A stretch of 63,168 nucleotides of DNA, the filler included, from Octopus bimaculoides (taxonomy: Eukaryota): assembly GCF_001194135.2 (NCBI RefSeq). It is 5 parts of 4 records of this genome, joined end to end, with 100 filler letters (N's around TTAATTAATTAA, not from the genome) between each part and the next. Parts side by side here need not be neighbours in the genome. Positions count along the whole stretch, not along the records: positions 25,345 to 38,744 come from NC_068986.1; positions 38,845 to 60,838 come from NC_068989.1; 3 more parts are not named here. One strand, 5' to 3'. A program made the translations under genes and the position numbers. The notes under the pieces were generated by a model. The model saw only the letters and a program-made list of their open reading frames with translations, was not told the origin of the DNA and did not search any database. Below are positions 35,201 to 49,300 of the stretch, piece after piece. The number at the start of each line of letters is the position of its first letter. Position 1 is the first letter of the stretch.

Positions 35201-37856
35201 TAAATGTACACTGCATGTATGTATGTATATATATATATATATATATATATNNNNNNNNNNNNNNNNNNNNNNNNNNNNNNNNNNNNNNNNNNNNNNNNNN
35301 NNNNNNNNNNNNNNNNNNNNNNNNNNNNNNNNNNNNNNNNNNNNNNNNNNNNNNNNNNNNNNNNNNNNNNNNNNNNNNNNNNNNNNNNNNNNNNNNNNNN
35401 NNNNNNNNNNNNNNNNNNNNNNNNNNNNNNNNNNNNNNNNNNNNNNNNNNNNNNNNNNNNNNNNNNNNNNNNNNNNNNNNNNNNNNNNNNNNNNNNNNNN
35501 NNNNNNNNNNNNNNNNNNNNNNNNNNNNNNNNNNNNNNNNNNNNNNNNNNNNNNNNNNNNNNNNNNNNNNNNNNNNNNNNNNNNNNNNNNNNNNNNNNNN
35601 NNNNNNNNNNNNNNNNNNNNNNNNNNNNNNNNNNNNNNNNNNNNNNNNNNNNNNNNNNNNNNNNNNNNNNNNNNNNNNNNNNNNNNNNNNNNNNNNNNNN
35701 NNNNNNNNNNNNNNNNNNNNNNNNNNNNNNNNNNNNNNNNNNNNNNNNNNNNNNNNNNNNNNNNNNNNNNNNNNNNNNNNNNNNNNNNNNNNNNNNNNNN
35801 NNNNNNNNNNNNNNNNNNNNNNNNNNNNNNNNNNNNNNNNNNNNNNNNNNNNNNNNNNNNNNNNNNNNNNNNNNNNNNNNNNNNNNNNNNNNNNNNNNNN
35901 NNNNNNNNNNNNNNNNNNNNNNNNNNNNNNNNNNNNNNNNNNNNNNNNNNNNNNNNNNNNNNNNNNNNNNNNNNNNNNNNNNNNNNNNNNNNNNNNNNNN
36001 NNNNNNNNNNNNNNNNNNNNNNNNNNNNNNNNNNNNNNNNNNNNNNNNNNNNNNNNNNNNNNNNNNNNNNNNNNNATATATATACCTATACATATATATA
36101 TACATATATATAGGCGCAATGACCCAGTGGTTAGGGAAGCGGACTCGCGGTTTCGATTCCCAGACCGGGCGTTGTGAGTGTTTATTGAGCGAAAACACCT
36201 AAAGTTCCACAAGGCTCCACCAGGGGGTTGTGGCAGATCTTTTATTTCCTATCTGCTTTCCCTTAGAAGATATGAAAACTTTATTTTGCTTACATTTTTC
36301 AAACCCTGAAGAATGCCTCTCAACACGTGGATACGATGCTCCCCCATTACTCCTGCTCATGATCAGAGTTGTTCATATTGTCAGACGCTAAGGGACATGC
36401 TCAAGTAGTTAAGGTCAAGCAAGGGACAAGCAAATGTGTATGAAATGAGCAGAATGTTTACTATAACGATATTTCTGCTTCAGCAACTCAGCGATCAAAC
36501 TGTCTGAAATGTAATGGGAAATAACTCAGCTTCAAAATGTTGATGTCCTGGCCACAAAAGGAAACGGTGTAGGGAATAGTAGTCATTTCCTTTGATTTCT
36601 AGATAGGAAGAGGAAATATCACTTACTGAAAGAAGAAAAAAATTGTTACAAAGTGTTACCAAAAATTAATCTATCGTTATCCACAGAAATCTGTTACCAT
36701 ACACAGGGTTTCGCGCGTTACTCTTCTCTGGTGGCTGTAGCTCGTGAGTGATATAAAGAAAACGAGTACCAGTTATGCAAATGATATTAATATTTACATA
36801 AATACAAAAAAAAAACAGAAAAAATATTTTAAAATTTTCACTGGGGTTTTAGGGTAATGGACATCTGGATACGGAAAGTTTCAATCTCTATAAAACGAAA
36901 ACTAAGTTTTCAAAGAAATTATTACCGAAAGAGGTAAAAATTGACAAAAAAATATAAACTATTTAAGCAGTGCATAAACACATCTGCAAACAGAGAAATC
37001 TCCACAAATATCTTCACATTATATTGAATGTTGTGTGTATATATATATATATATATATATNNNNNNNNNNNNNNNNNNNNNNNNNNNNNNNNNNNNNNNN
37101 NNNNNNNNNNNNNNNNNNNNNNNNNNNNNNNNNNNNNNNNNNNNNNNNNNNNNNNNNNNNNNNNNNNNNNNNNNNNNNNNNNNNNNNNNNNNNNNNNNNN
37201 NNNNNNNNNNNNNNNNNNNNNNNNNNNNNNNNNNNNNNNNNNNNNNNNNNNNNNNNNNNNNNNNNNNNNNNNNNNNNNNNNNNNNNNNNNNNNNNNNNNN
37301 NNNNNNNNNNNNNNNNNNNNNNNNNNNNNNNNNNNNNNNNNNNNNNNNNNNNNNNNNNNNNNNNNNNNNNNNNNNNNNNNNNNNNNNNNNNNNNNNNNNN
37401 NNNNNNNNNNNNNNNNNNNNNNNNNNNNNNNNNNNNNNNNNNNNNNNNNNNNNNNNNNNNNNNNNNNNNNNNNNNNNNNNNNNNNNNNNNNNNNNNNNNN
37501 NNNNNNNNNATGGAGAAAGAGATAGACATTTTTTGTTTAATGTCGATATTACCAAGAAATCTAATGCTCTTAGCTTAGTTTTTCCTTAGGGCTGGCCAGA
37601 TTGGAGCAATATCGAGAATAACCGACCGAAATTGCAAGGATAATCTGGATCTCGACTAAAGAGAGAAAACTCCGAATGACCTCTCCTTCTTTTCTTTGTA
37701 TCGTCTATCTGGATGTTTTGTCCCTTTCTTGTATCACCTAACTCTCTGAATGTTTGGGCGCTCTTGCCCCATTCTGTATTATATATACATATATATATAC
37801 ATATATATAACACTATTCAATTTTTTTTCTCCGTGTTTTTCTCCTTGTCTCCGTAT

Positions 37857-37893
37857 TCTTTCTGTTGAAGAGCGTAGCTCGAAACGTTAAAGA
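37857..37893 (+). ncRNA. Minimal hammerhead-like motif with variant core CUGUUGA
   Basis: tcttt CTGTTGA a gagc-gta-gctc GAAA CGTT aaaga: helices I and II pair perfectly; core position 6 is U instead of A. Confidence 0.45.
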
Positions 37894-37983
37894 CTTTCCG
37901 TATTCCTGAGCGTCATAGTAATACATCCTTTTGTTGTTTACACCCACCACCTGTCCTCGTCTGTTGTTTTTTCGTACATTCTC

Positions 37984-38021
<38 letters not shown>

Positions 38022-38272
38022 CGGCGTACGTACAATTTGTCTCTTGTATATATATGTATATATATAATTTGACATGAAGCTGAAAGTTATTGAATTCATT
38101 TTATTATACTTATAGTACAGATTTATTATACTTTTGCAATGAGCGAGTTGAGAGTGACTTCCAAGTTTCACGCTGTGTTCCTTTTCTAGAACAAAAATAA
38201 AACGTCCAGGTTACTGTTACCTCTCATATTGGAGACATACATATAGCCGCGCGTCCATCCATCCATCCATCC

Positions 38273-38326
<54 letters not shown>

Positions 38327-38586
38327 CATCTATCCATCTATCTATCTATCTATCTATCTATCTGTCTGTCTGTCTGTCTATCCCTCTATTTTTCTACCTA
38401 CCTATCTATCTAATTAGCTAATTCCTACTCACTCTCTGTCTGTCTCTGTCTGTCTGTCTCTCCCTGTCTCTTTCTCTCTCTTTCTCTCAATATATTTGTA
38501 TATTCTCAACATGTGTTTCTGCGGGAGTGCATTCAGTCAAATTGAGAGGCTATCATTACATTTAATCAGCCACTCGCCCCGTCTGT

Positions 38587-38627
<41 letters not shown>

Positions 38628-38744
38628 ATACACTTGCTAGTCTCTTCCTCATATCTCACCATCAAACCAGATTTAACACAGCCATCACCAGTAAGTACTA
38701 CTACCACCGTCACCATAAGCACTACCACCACCACCACCACCACC

Positions 38745-38844
38745 NNNNNNNNNNNNNNNNNNNNNNNNNNNNNNNNNNNNNNNNNNNNTTAATTAATTAA
38801 NNNNNNNNNNNNNNNNNNNNNNNNNNNNNNNNNNNNNNNNNNNN
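38745..38844. other. Artificial assembly spacer 44N-TTAATTAATTAA-44N
   Basis: Same layout as 16085-16184. Confidence 0.95.
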
Positions 38845-39122
38845 GGATTTTCGAGTGAGATCGTTGCCAGTGCCCCTGGACTGGCCTGTGCGGGTGGCAC
38901 ATAAAAGACACCATTTCGAGCGTGGCCGTTTTCGTGCGGGTGACACGTAAAAGCACCCACTACACTCTCTGAGTGGTTGGCGTTAGGAAGGGCATCCAGC
39001 TGTAGAAACTCTGCCAAATTAGATTGGAGCCTGGTGTTGCCATCCGGTTTCACCAGTCCTCAGTCAAATCGTCCAACCCATGCTAGCATGGAAAGCGGAC
39101 GTTAAACGATGATGATGATGAT
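38845..39122 (+). mobile_element. Retroposon family C with an RTE-like 3' tail and (GAT)n end (representative young copy)
   Basis: gagtggttggcgttaggaagggcatccagctgtagaaac...ccaacccatgctagcatggaaagcggacgttaaacgatgatg. Other copies at about 7545-7825, 7865-7975(-), 9190-9475, 11090-11335(-), 39945-40090, 43600-43856, 55180-55470(-). Confidence 0.85.
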
Positions 39123-40186
39123 ATATATATATATACAGTATTATTCTTTTTAACTCAGGTTTTGTTGGAACTCATGGAGTCTTGCATGCATAGTGGGCTT
39201 GCTACCTGCAGCCTACATCTCCATGCTATCTGTTCTTTCAACTATCTAATACTTTTCTGACTATTCTGGTCATGCCAAAGAGGCAAGTTTTGGCATGGCC
39301 AGGGCACTCTATTAAAATAGCCATGCTGCAAGCAAAAGCTTTCTTAAGGATGTGAGAAAATATTCTGGTAACATTGGTTTCATAACTAGATGAGAAAGTT
39401 GGGCTGTAACAAATTAGTCTCCTTCTCCTCCTCTGTTTATCAGAACGGTGTTAGATATACTCAGTTTAATGTTCACATGGCCTGGTTCCAGATCCCAGGT
39501 TGAACTTTGTATGGATCTGGAGTTGTGACCCATCTGTCCAGTCTTCCTGAGATTCTAATGCCCAGTGTAACTCCTAGGCCATGTGGACAGTCCTGTCACT
39601 GCTTTCCACCCACTGCATTTCTCTTCCCTTCCTTCTCTATCTCCCACTCTCCTTTCTCACGCTTGTAAACTTTCTCCCAGCTCATCCTGTCCAATCCTCA
39701 GTACTACTTCACTTATTTTACACTCCTGTACCTTGTGGGTACACTCTTATACATCTCCACCACCATCTTCTCTCTCTTTCTCTCTTTTCCGACTGGTGTA
39801 GCCATATATCCTCTACAGTAAGATACCAGTTTCTATCTCTCTATTATATTCTAACCTCTTTTCAACTGGAAAAAAGCCACCTCCTTCAATACAACTCCCT
39901 CTCTCAGCTGAGAGGTCTTTGTCTTGCAAGTTACTTGGTAACCTCATCCGTGATATTGTAAAAAGAAGGGCATCCAGCCGTAGAAATCATGCCAAAGCAG
40001 ATAATAAAACTTGGTGCAGTCCTTTGGCTTGCCAGCTCCAGTCAAACCCATGCCAACATGGAAAACGAACGCTAAATGATAATGATAAGGAAGAAAGCAG
40101 ATGTGTTATGATCAAATGTTCCTGAGATAATGAGGAATGGTGTTCTTTTATAGAAAGAGGTAAATATTTATTATACACCGGTAATA

Positions 40187-40326
40187 ATGGCGTCGCCATA
40201 TAAACTGCGGTCTACCATTGTAGGACATGAAAATGATGTAAGAACACTGACCACTTGTCCACTTCACGAAGATATTATAATATCAGGGTCCAGAGATTGG
40301 ACGACTCGAGTATGGACCGCTAATAA
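40187..40326 (+). CDS. PLAA: PLAA exon 1: [19 protein letters not shown]...VWTAN
   Basis: ataATGG start context, donor GTAAGA; absent from the ORF track. Confidence 0.93.
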
Positions 40327-43300
40327 GTAAGATATTGCTTCTTTGTGCAATTATTACAATAAGAATTCTTTCTAAGTTCATTCCATCTTCAATCGAAGAA
40401 ACAATTCTAATTATAAAATACAGTGTTTCGTGATATTCTATTTTCTATTCACTTGATTACACGTTTATAATGGAGTAAAAGATGGTGCGATGTAATATCC
40501 AGATATGGAATCATATTTTATACCTACCGTTTACCTGTTATAGATTAGCCTAGTCCGAAATATACATGATGGGCCTAGTTTAACTGTGAGACTAAATACA
40601 TATTCATATGACTCCTTACAACTCATGCCGTAAATACATAATGTATAGATGTGTATGTGAACTGGATCAAATAAGTATCTTAAAATATTAGCTAAGTTTA
40701 TCAAAGAACAATCACAGAACAGAAACTGCATCGGAGATGAAACCTCTGCAATTGTTTTCGGAATATTTCATTTTAAGTAGCAAGATAAATGAGCCGGTAA
40801 CTGTGTTATTTTGTTCTATATTTAAGAGATGAGGAATTATGTGCATTATTTACATTTGACGGATATTTGTCCTCTCCTTGTTTGTTGTTAACACAACGTT
40901 TCGGCTGATATACCCTCCAGCCTTCATCAGGTGTCTTGGGGAAATTTTGAACCTGGGTTCTCATTCCTAAGGTATTTTTCGATGTTATTATTATTCACGG
41001 GCATATGGCGTAAACATCGAAAATATCAACCGAAACATTGTGTTAACGACAACCAAGATGAGGACAAATATCCGTCAAATGTAAATAATGTGTGTTATTT
41101 TGTATTTAGACAGATGGAAGTGTATGGTTAGTTGTTATTTTATACCGGTACTAGAAATATCACATTTCGCAAAAATCATTGTTGGTGTTAACCATCATAT
41201 AACATGTTGGAGCATCACCTTTAATAATAATGATTAAAATTTACGAGTTTTCCACTCAATTCTTTGTTGTTAATATGATTTATAAATTTGAGAGGATCTG
41301 AAATGACTACAGTCATTCCTTCATTGAGCTAAATAATAAATAAAAAGATAAAGAAATCATTTTACCATTTTTATCTCCATTATGGAGTAAGTTCAGTGAT
41401 AGGTATGAGATACAGCAAAAATATGGCTGTTAAACAAAAAAAATTAACACTGACGTTTTTTTTTTGTTTTTCTTTTTAAGTTTTGCACGTCCTTTAACAG
41501 TTACGCTTTTTACCTTACAATTTCTCTGCGATGTTCTTCGCTTTACATCCATTCACAGTAAAGAAGAAAATATAATTTCGAAATCAATTGTAAGATAACA
41601 AAAGCTTTTAAAGAGCATGACACTTTCAGTGACATGGTCAGTTATCTAGGGGTGGGGGAAACAATGCATATTTACTGCATTTTTGGCTTTGTGAAGAAAT
41701 ATATTTTTAAGAAATTTTCACTGCCTTACAAAAATTATCAGCTAAGCAAATAATCTTCTGTAAATGCATTAAAAACACTATGATATATTTAGAACACTAT
41801 TTCAGAAAATTACCGCTGTTCTTTTGTGCATATATAAAGGAAAATGTAGGTGGGGCAAAACAAGTAAGACAAGGTAAGATAAATTTGCTTCTTCAGTTCT
41901 TCAGAATTACATTTGAAAAAAGACTCATATACATCAATATCTTTCATTAGACATCAGAAAGATAAGAGATGCCACAAAAATTTAAAATATCTAGGTCAAA
42001 TGGGAAAATGGCACATGATATAAAATTAACAAAACTCAAATAAATCTATGAACTCAGCATAAAGTATTCTCTATAGGTTTTCACGATCTACTAGAGTGGC
42101 TTTCTTCCCTATATATTTATGCATCATACAGTTAAAGAGAAGAATTATTGAACTTAGTCATTACTCATTTTACCCAGTTTTAGACATCTGTTGAAACTTG
42201 AATGTTATGAAATTAGACATTAGTGTGGGGAAAACTTGACATGGAATCCAACAGAAAAGAATTTTGATTGTTAAACATCAAAAATTATCCAGATACTTTA
42301 TTAGCAACCTCAATTACAATTGGGTCAAAGTTGAGGAAATATTTCTTGAAAAAGAAGTACCTGTCACCTATGTTTCAAGCTCTCAACTTCAACAACTATG
42401 CTGATCAACATTTTACTCCTAAAGATGATCTAATTAACTTACCCACTTCCCCGACATTGCTGGCCTCGTGCCAAAATTTGAAACTATTATTGATATTATT
42501 AAGGCCATGAACTGGCAGAACTGTTAGCACACCAGGCAAAATGTTTAGCAGCATTTCATTTGTCTTTACTTTCTGCATTCAAATTCTGCCAAGGTCGATT
42601 TGCCTTTCATCCTTTTGGGGGTCAATAAAATAAATACCAGTTGAGCACTGGGGTTGATGTAATCAACTTAACCTCTGCTCTGAACTCGTACCAAAATTTG
42701 AAACCATAATTATTATTCAATGTAGGATTGTGGATTAGTTGAATCAGACATAATGCCTTGTAGTATTTGTTTATCAAACAGGCTGATGATCAAAGACTTT
42801 CCAACCTTGACCATCTTGTCTGTTATTCAAATAAAGTGCTCAAACAACATTATCCAAAGTGTCCTTTTCTTTTGTTTTCAACTGCATAGAGGACCTGTTA
42901 TTGACTTTGTGGTCTAAAAGAAAGATGAAGTGAGATTCTCAGTTGCTCCATTAATTCATGGAAATGTCCACAGTTCATAAAACATTTCTCCCTATTTTTC
43001 AAGAGTTTGACATATATAAAGTTAGATAACCAAACGTGATATAAAATTAGATATCCAAATATGGTATAAAATTAAATACTGAAACAAAATAACTAAGTGT
43101 TAATTAAACTAACTAGAGATCTTGGATCTTCTATGCAGTTGTTTGACTTGCTAATAATAGTAATGAAACTCCTTTAAATCTCCTGTTACTATCTTAAAGA
43201 AAGAAAGGACACTGCTTAATGCAGTCTTAGATACAGTATGCCTGAATAAAAGACATGAAAATAGTCACGGCTGGAACTCTAATTGAAACACTGGAATAAT

Positions 43301-46300
43301 GGTCATTGGATTACACCTCATTATTGGATCAGTCCCCTGTTTATTATATAGTGGCTTCATCAAAGCTGAGGTAAAGGAGTGGGGTTAAACTAATTAAGAA
43401 CAACAAAATACAAACTGTTTTGAGATTTAAATTATTGAAATTAATACATTATAATAAAAATTTTGGGGTATCTATGTATCTACTCTACAACAAGACAGCT
43501 ATATCTGTCCCTTCTATACCTTAAATCTCTCAAATGGTACAGAGCCACACACCCTCAAAACTACCCTTCTCCTCCCAGTTGAGAGTTTTTGTCATGTGAG
43601 GGACTTGGTGTTGGTGCCATGTAAAATGCACTGGTGCTAGTGCCACGTAAAAAGCACTGGTGCTAGTGCCACATGAAGAGCACCCTGTACATTCTGTACA
43701 GTGATTGACATTAGGACAGGCATCCAGCTGTAGAGGCCATGCTAAAACAGACAGTGGAACCTACTACAGCTCTTGGCCCTTCCCTTTTCCTGTCAAACCA
43801 TCCAACCCATGCCAGCATGGAAAATGAACATTAATGATGACAATCATGATGATATGCACGAATTTGAGACAGGAAGGTCCAAAGGTCAACTGATGGAACT
43901 TGAATCTTACATCTATCAGTTATCAGTCAACTATTTTACAAATGATACCAATTATATATTACTAATTACACTGGCTAACAAATCATCTAGTGTAAATAGA
44001 ATAGTATAATTAAAGTAGCAGAAACAATTTATAGTACCTAATCAAAGAGGGAATGGCAGGTACTTTGTTATGTAAACAGTAATACAGTCACCCAGACAGC
44101 GAATTGGCTCAGTCATTAAGGTGTTAGATAGAATGCCTTATTTGTTCCAACTCTCTGTGCTCTTAGTTCAAATTCTGCCAAAGTCATCTTTGTTTTCTAT
44201 CCTTTCTGCAGTGGATTATAATGAACTAATCCAGAGTAATAGGATTGACAGAACTGTTAATGCATCAGATGAGATGTGTGATATCTGTTCCAGCCCTTTG
44301 CATTCTGACAACAACACCTGCAATAACTCTGGTGCTGAATTGTATCAACCTTTTCCTTTCTACTACATCAGTGACATGGGGTGGGGTGACTGTCAGTATT
44401 ATAAAAAAATATTTACACTGGCCTCCACATGACTGTGTCCATATCCTAACCAACAATTCCTCCCCACACCAGAATCACCCAGTAAATAATACCGGGTTCC
44501 ATTCTAGCATTGTCTTGTGATTCTTTGCTGCCTGAAATTGGTGATTATCATGTACAATATTGTTTTTGTTTTCTACTTCCAGAAGTAATGGTTTTCAAGA
44601 AAGATGTAAAATTCAAGACCATGCCAATTTTGTGTCCAGTGTGTGTGTGATTCCACCAACTACATCACAGGAGGGTTTGATGATTACTGGCAGTAATGAT
44701 AAATCTATTATTGTCTATGACCTAGACACTTTTCAGAAGCTTTATCAACTAACTGGTCATGAAGGAACTGGTAAATTGGCTTGTATAAAATCATTTTGTT
44801 ATTAGTTATACTACCACGTGAGGACATGGTTGGTTGGGTTGATAAGGGGCCAGACAACTATCCAAGAGATTGACAGTTCATATCCTAATATTGGCATTAC
44901 TTTGGTGTCTTCTGCTCTCAAATAGCCAAATCCAGCGAGCTGTAAATAGACAGAACAGAAATAACTTGCCACTATAAACAGTGACTACTTGTAAAACTGA
45001 CAAACTGTGGGTATGACTATGGTTAAGAAGTTCACTCTTGAAATTAGATGATTTTTGAGTTTGATCCCAATAAGTGGCATCTCAAGCAAATGTGAGTGGA
45101 ATTGGATCAATGAAAACTATTAGGGATGGACTGTAATTATTTGGCCTTAGTAGGCACCACCACTTAGCACTATTCCTTCCAAGATATGCATAATATATAA
45201 TATACTGTTTGGCCTTTGGGTATCTTTAGCAGAGTCAACTCTGTTGCAAACATATATTTCAGGTTGGATCTTTTGTTTGGCTGCCACTTTTCAATTTCTT
45301 CATTTTTTTGTTCCAATTAATTTCATATTTGATGTACTGGTGAAGTTTTGTAAAGTAATCATTGACCTGAAATTAATTTTTGTCATAAATCTGTTTGATT
45401 TATGGCAAAATAAAGAGTTAATAGCTTTTAAAGTTTGCAAATTTGGAGTAGTTTTAGCCAATCGAAAGCCACAGAGATATAGGTGCCTTTTTCCATAGTA
45501 ACAAGCTAAGCTGTTACCAAGCTGCTTACCACTTGTTCTTTTTGTCACTTAATACATTGGTATGAGATGTGCTAAAAATAACAGCTAAATAGGCCTTAAA
45601 TCATGCATGAAAATTTTTGTTTCGGTTTTTGCATATTGGATGAATTCCTATGAGTAGAATATAAATTTGCAAAACTTTTCTGAAAATTCCAAAAAATAAA
45701 AAAGTTATGAGGGGCTATATGATGTGTGTAAAGCAGAATTCAACCACTATTTCATTTGTTTACAGCTGACAGCACATGCTATCACGCACAAAATGACATC
45801 TTTCAAATCCTGTTTTCTGACTGCATAAAAATGGTCAAACTTTAAACCTCTGTAACTTTTTTTTTTGAAAACTTTCTGGAAAAAGTGAAGTGTCTCCTGA
45901 GAAACCTGTTTCATATAGATGGCAAATATTGAATTCAAATCTTCATATGGGTCTAACTAGCGTGAAAGTATGTGCTTTGCCACGTTGACTTCATGGGATC
46001 ATTAGTGGTGTTCTAATAGCCAAGTATCTATCAAGCCTTAAGCTGTCACTTATTGTCATCTGCATAAGTTACATTTACTTCTACTGGCCTCTCTCTCAAC
46101 CCAAAAGAAGCTGAAATAAACTCTATCACTTCTCTTACAGCATCAAGAAAGTGGGTCATCTACCTAGTAATAAAATGATGCTTCAAGTATAAATTGAAGT
46201 AGTTTCTCAGGTTGTTTTTTCTCTCTTAGAATTTTTTTAGCTTAGAATTCTTGTTCCATAAGATACTTTTCAAATGGCTTATTTTCTGTTTGTTATCAGA

Positions 46301-49300
46301 TACTAGGAATATGTGCAAATGTAAATAATTTAACAGACTTCAGTCAACTGAGATTATTCAAGTAATTAATAGACAAATATTTCCTCTACAGGTGTTTTTT
46401 TTTAAATCTAAACAAACTAAGAAGGAAGACAACTCAGATTTAATCATTTGATCAAAATTCGTGGAGAATATATAGACGCAAGCATGACTATGTGCTTAAG
46501 AAACTTGCTTCCCAACTACGTGGTTTCAGGTTCAGTCCCACTGTGGCACATTGGACAAGTGTCTTCTACTATAGCTCCTTGCTAACCAAAGCCTTGTAAA
46601 TAGATTTGGTAAAGAGATATCGAAAGAAGGCCATTGTGTATGTTTTTTTGAGTGTGTATTTTATTCATATACTTGCCTTGCACTACATGATGGTTGGCAA
46701 CAAGTATCACCAGTCATACACACAGTGTTGCTCATTTCCAGTTTTCTAAAAAAAACATGTACAGTTATGGAGAAATATTACTTTGCTTGGAAACAAGTGA
46801 GGGTTGGTAACAGGAAAAATATCCAGCTGTTAAAAATCTGCTTCAACAATTTCCAACGATGATGATGATGATGAGGACAATAATAATAATAATAAAATGC
46901 CCTAATTGCACTGGCTTTCACAGCTTCTGATCTTAACTAATTGGAAGTGTTATGTACATGTTTTGACTAGGTATAAAAGATGAGCTACAGCAAATATTCT
47001 GCTCAGTACCACAGATTTACTTGCCAGTTGTTTGACCTTAACCAGTTGAGCATGTACCTTGGTGGTTGATGATATGTGCATCTCTCATCATGAGCAGAAG
47101 TAGTGGGGGAGCATCATAGCCATGTGTTGAGAGGAATTCTTTGGGGTTTGAATAATTCACTTCTGGAAATATGGGCGTTTTGTTCAACATCCTTAAACAA
47201 CCCTTATTCAGTGACCTTTTGCATGAGATGAGCTACTCAACTTAAGAAAATTCTAACTGGGCCCCTACCTGCAAGATTATGCACTGTTTATCTTGATATA
47301 GGATCACCATGTTGGGCACATATGGTTGTGATGCATATGCCTGGTGTTCCCTTATCAGATGGGTAGTCATGATGGGTATATTGGGCTTTGTTTATTTTAC
47401 TCCAGTGTCACTTTGGTGGCATGCACTGCTATCTCACTCATAATAATAATAATTTTGAACACAGGCACAAGGCCATAGAATTCATGGTGTAGGTGTTATA
47501 GTTGATGAAATTGACCTACTTGATATCAGTGAGTTTTACTTTAACTGAAATTGACTTCACTAAACCGTGACACTAGTAATTAACAATTCTATTGTTGCTC
47601 TATCCTAGTTCCGCTCTGATTGAACAGACTGTTAATCATAGGTATTCCAGCCACGACCATTCTATCTTTATTTGTTAATTTCATAAATAATGTATATAGG
47701 ATTGCATTATCTCATATGGCCTTCTTTTTTTGTTTAAAACAGTAGGGTATGAATTGAGAGCAATTTGTCTGATATTTCTAGCAGGTTAAGCTGTTTAAAA
47801 TAATCACGAAAAATCTATGTACACAGAGTCCAGTGACTGAAACCATTAAAGTATAAAAGAATGTTAAATGTAAGCTTCTTGTCACTAAGTATTTGAATCT
47901 TCTTTTTCTAATTTTCAGTCTGTGCTCTAACTTCTGGGAAAGCTGGTACAATCATCAGTGGCTCTTGGGATAAAACTGCCAAAGTATGGATGAATAAACA
48001 GTGTGCCATGACTCTTGAAGGTATGCATTCTTATATCATTTTGTTGAAGTCATCCAACTGTTAAACATCTGCTTCTAAAAGGACTTTTTTTTTTAGACCA
48101 GTTTAATATATCTCAACACTTAGATTTCTCTTTAAAATACAAACCTGGATAAGGTTTTCTATGGAAGACCATACATTGTTGTGTGGTTAAAGGTTCGCTT
48201 TGCATGGTTTCTAGTTGAGTCCCACTGCAGAGCACTTTAGACAAGTATCTTCTATTATGGCCCTGACTGACCAAATCTCTGAGAGGCTTTGGTAGACAGA
48301 AATGGAGAGAAGCCTGTTGTGTGTTCATATAAGATGTATATGTTCATGTCTCCTTTCTTGACACCTTAGTTGCAAACAAATGTTAGTCATACAAGTGGTA
48401 TTATTTGTTTGCAATCTTCTGTGAAATCATGATCCCTGCATCGTTTGAAGGACCAACAGAAACAGGTGAGGGTTAACAAGAGGAAGGACATCCAGTCCTA
48501 GAAAATCTGCCTTAATGAATTTTGTCTTATCCATGGAAGCATGGAAAAGTGAATATTAAAATGATTATGATGATGACCTGTAGTATGTCTTCCATCATTA
48601 TGCAATTGATGCTGTCCAAAAAAACAACTACCACAAGGTATTTTCTCCAGTGCTTTAACAATTTTGCAAATTCACCCTGGAATGGTTATTTCTCTTAATG
48701 ATCCCAGTTTAGGATGAAAGGCAAAGTCAACCTTAGTGGAATTTGAACTCAGAACATAAACATCCCGAAAAAATACTGCAAAATATTTTATCCAATACTG
48801 TAACAATCAATCCACTACGTTGACTATTATCAGTTTAGATAAAATGTACAATCTGCTCCCAATCTATTGAAATCATTCTTGAAGATGGGGGAAACTGTTC
48901 TATAGTTAAGTGCCTTTCTTATTTTCGTATTAAACTGTGACTGTGAAATAGAAATGGAATCATTTTTTCAGTTTAGTAGTGTAGTTTGCAGAGTTATGTA
49001 CCTTGCTTTGTGGACACAGTACGTTTGATTGAAGTGTGAAATTATGCCCATTTAGTCAGCAGCTGTCTCTTGCTATCTTTCTCCTGAAATAAACCATTAC
49101 AGTTCTCATTAAAGGGATCTTAACTTCTTCTTTACCATCTACATCTGCTTATAAATGAAAGAATGAATGGGTTCATGAATAAAACACTAGATGTCTACAC
49201 TTTTGATATTTATAACATACACATCAACTAGCCATAAATGTAAACAGAAACTTTTATGACATCATCTCAGATAACAGCAGGATTACATGGCTAGGTGCAA

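Noticed and set aside
17110-37589. Long track ORFs (130-420 aa) spanning N runs
   Set aside because: Artefacts of translating gaps as X, flanked by microsatellite peptides.
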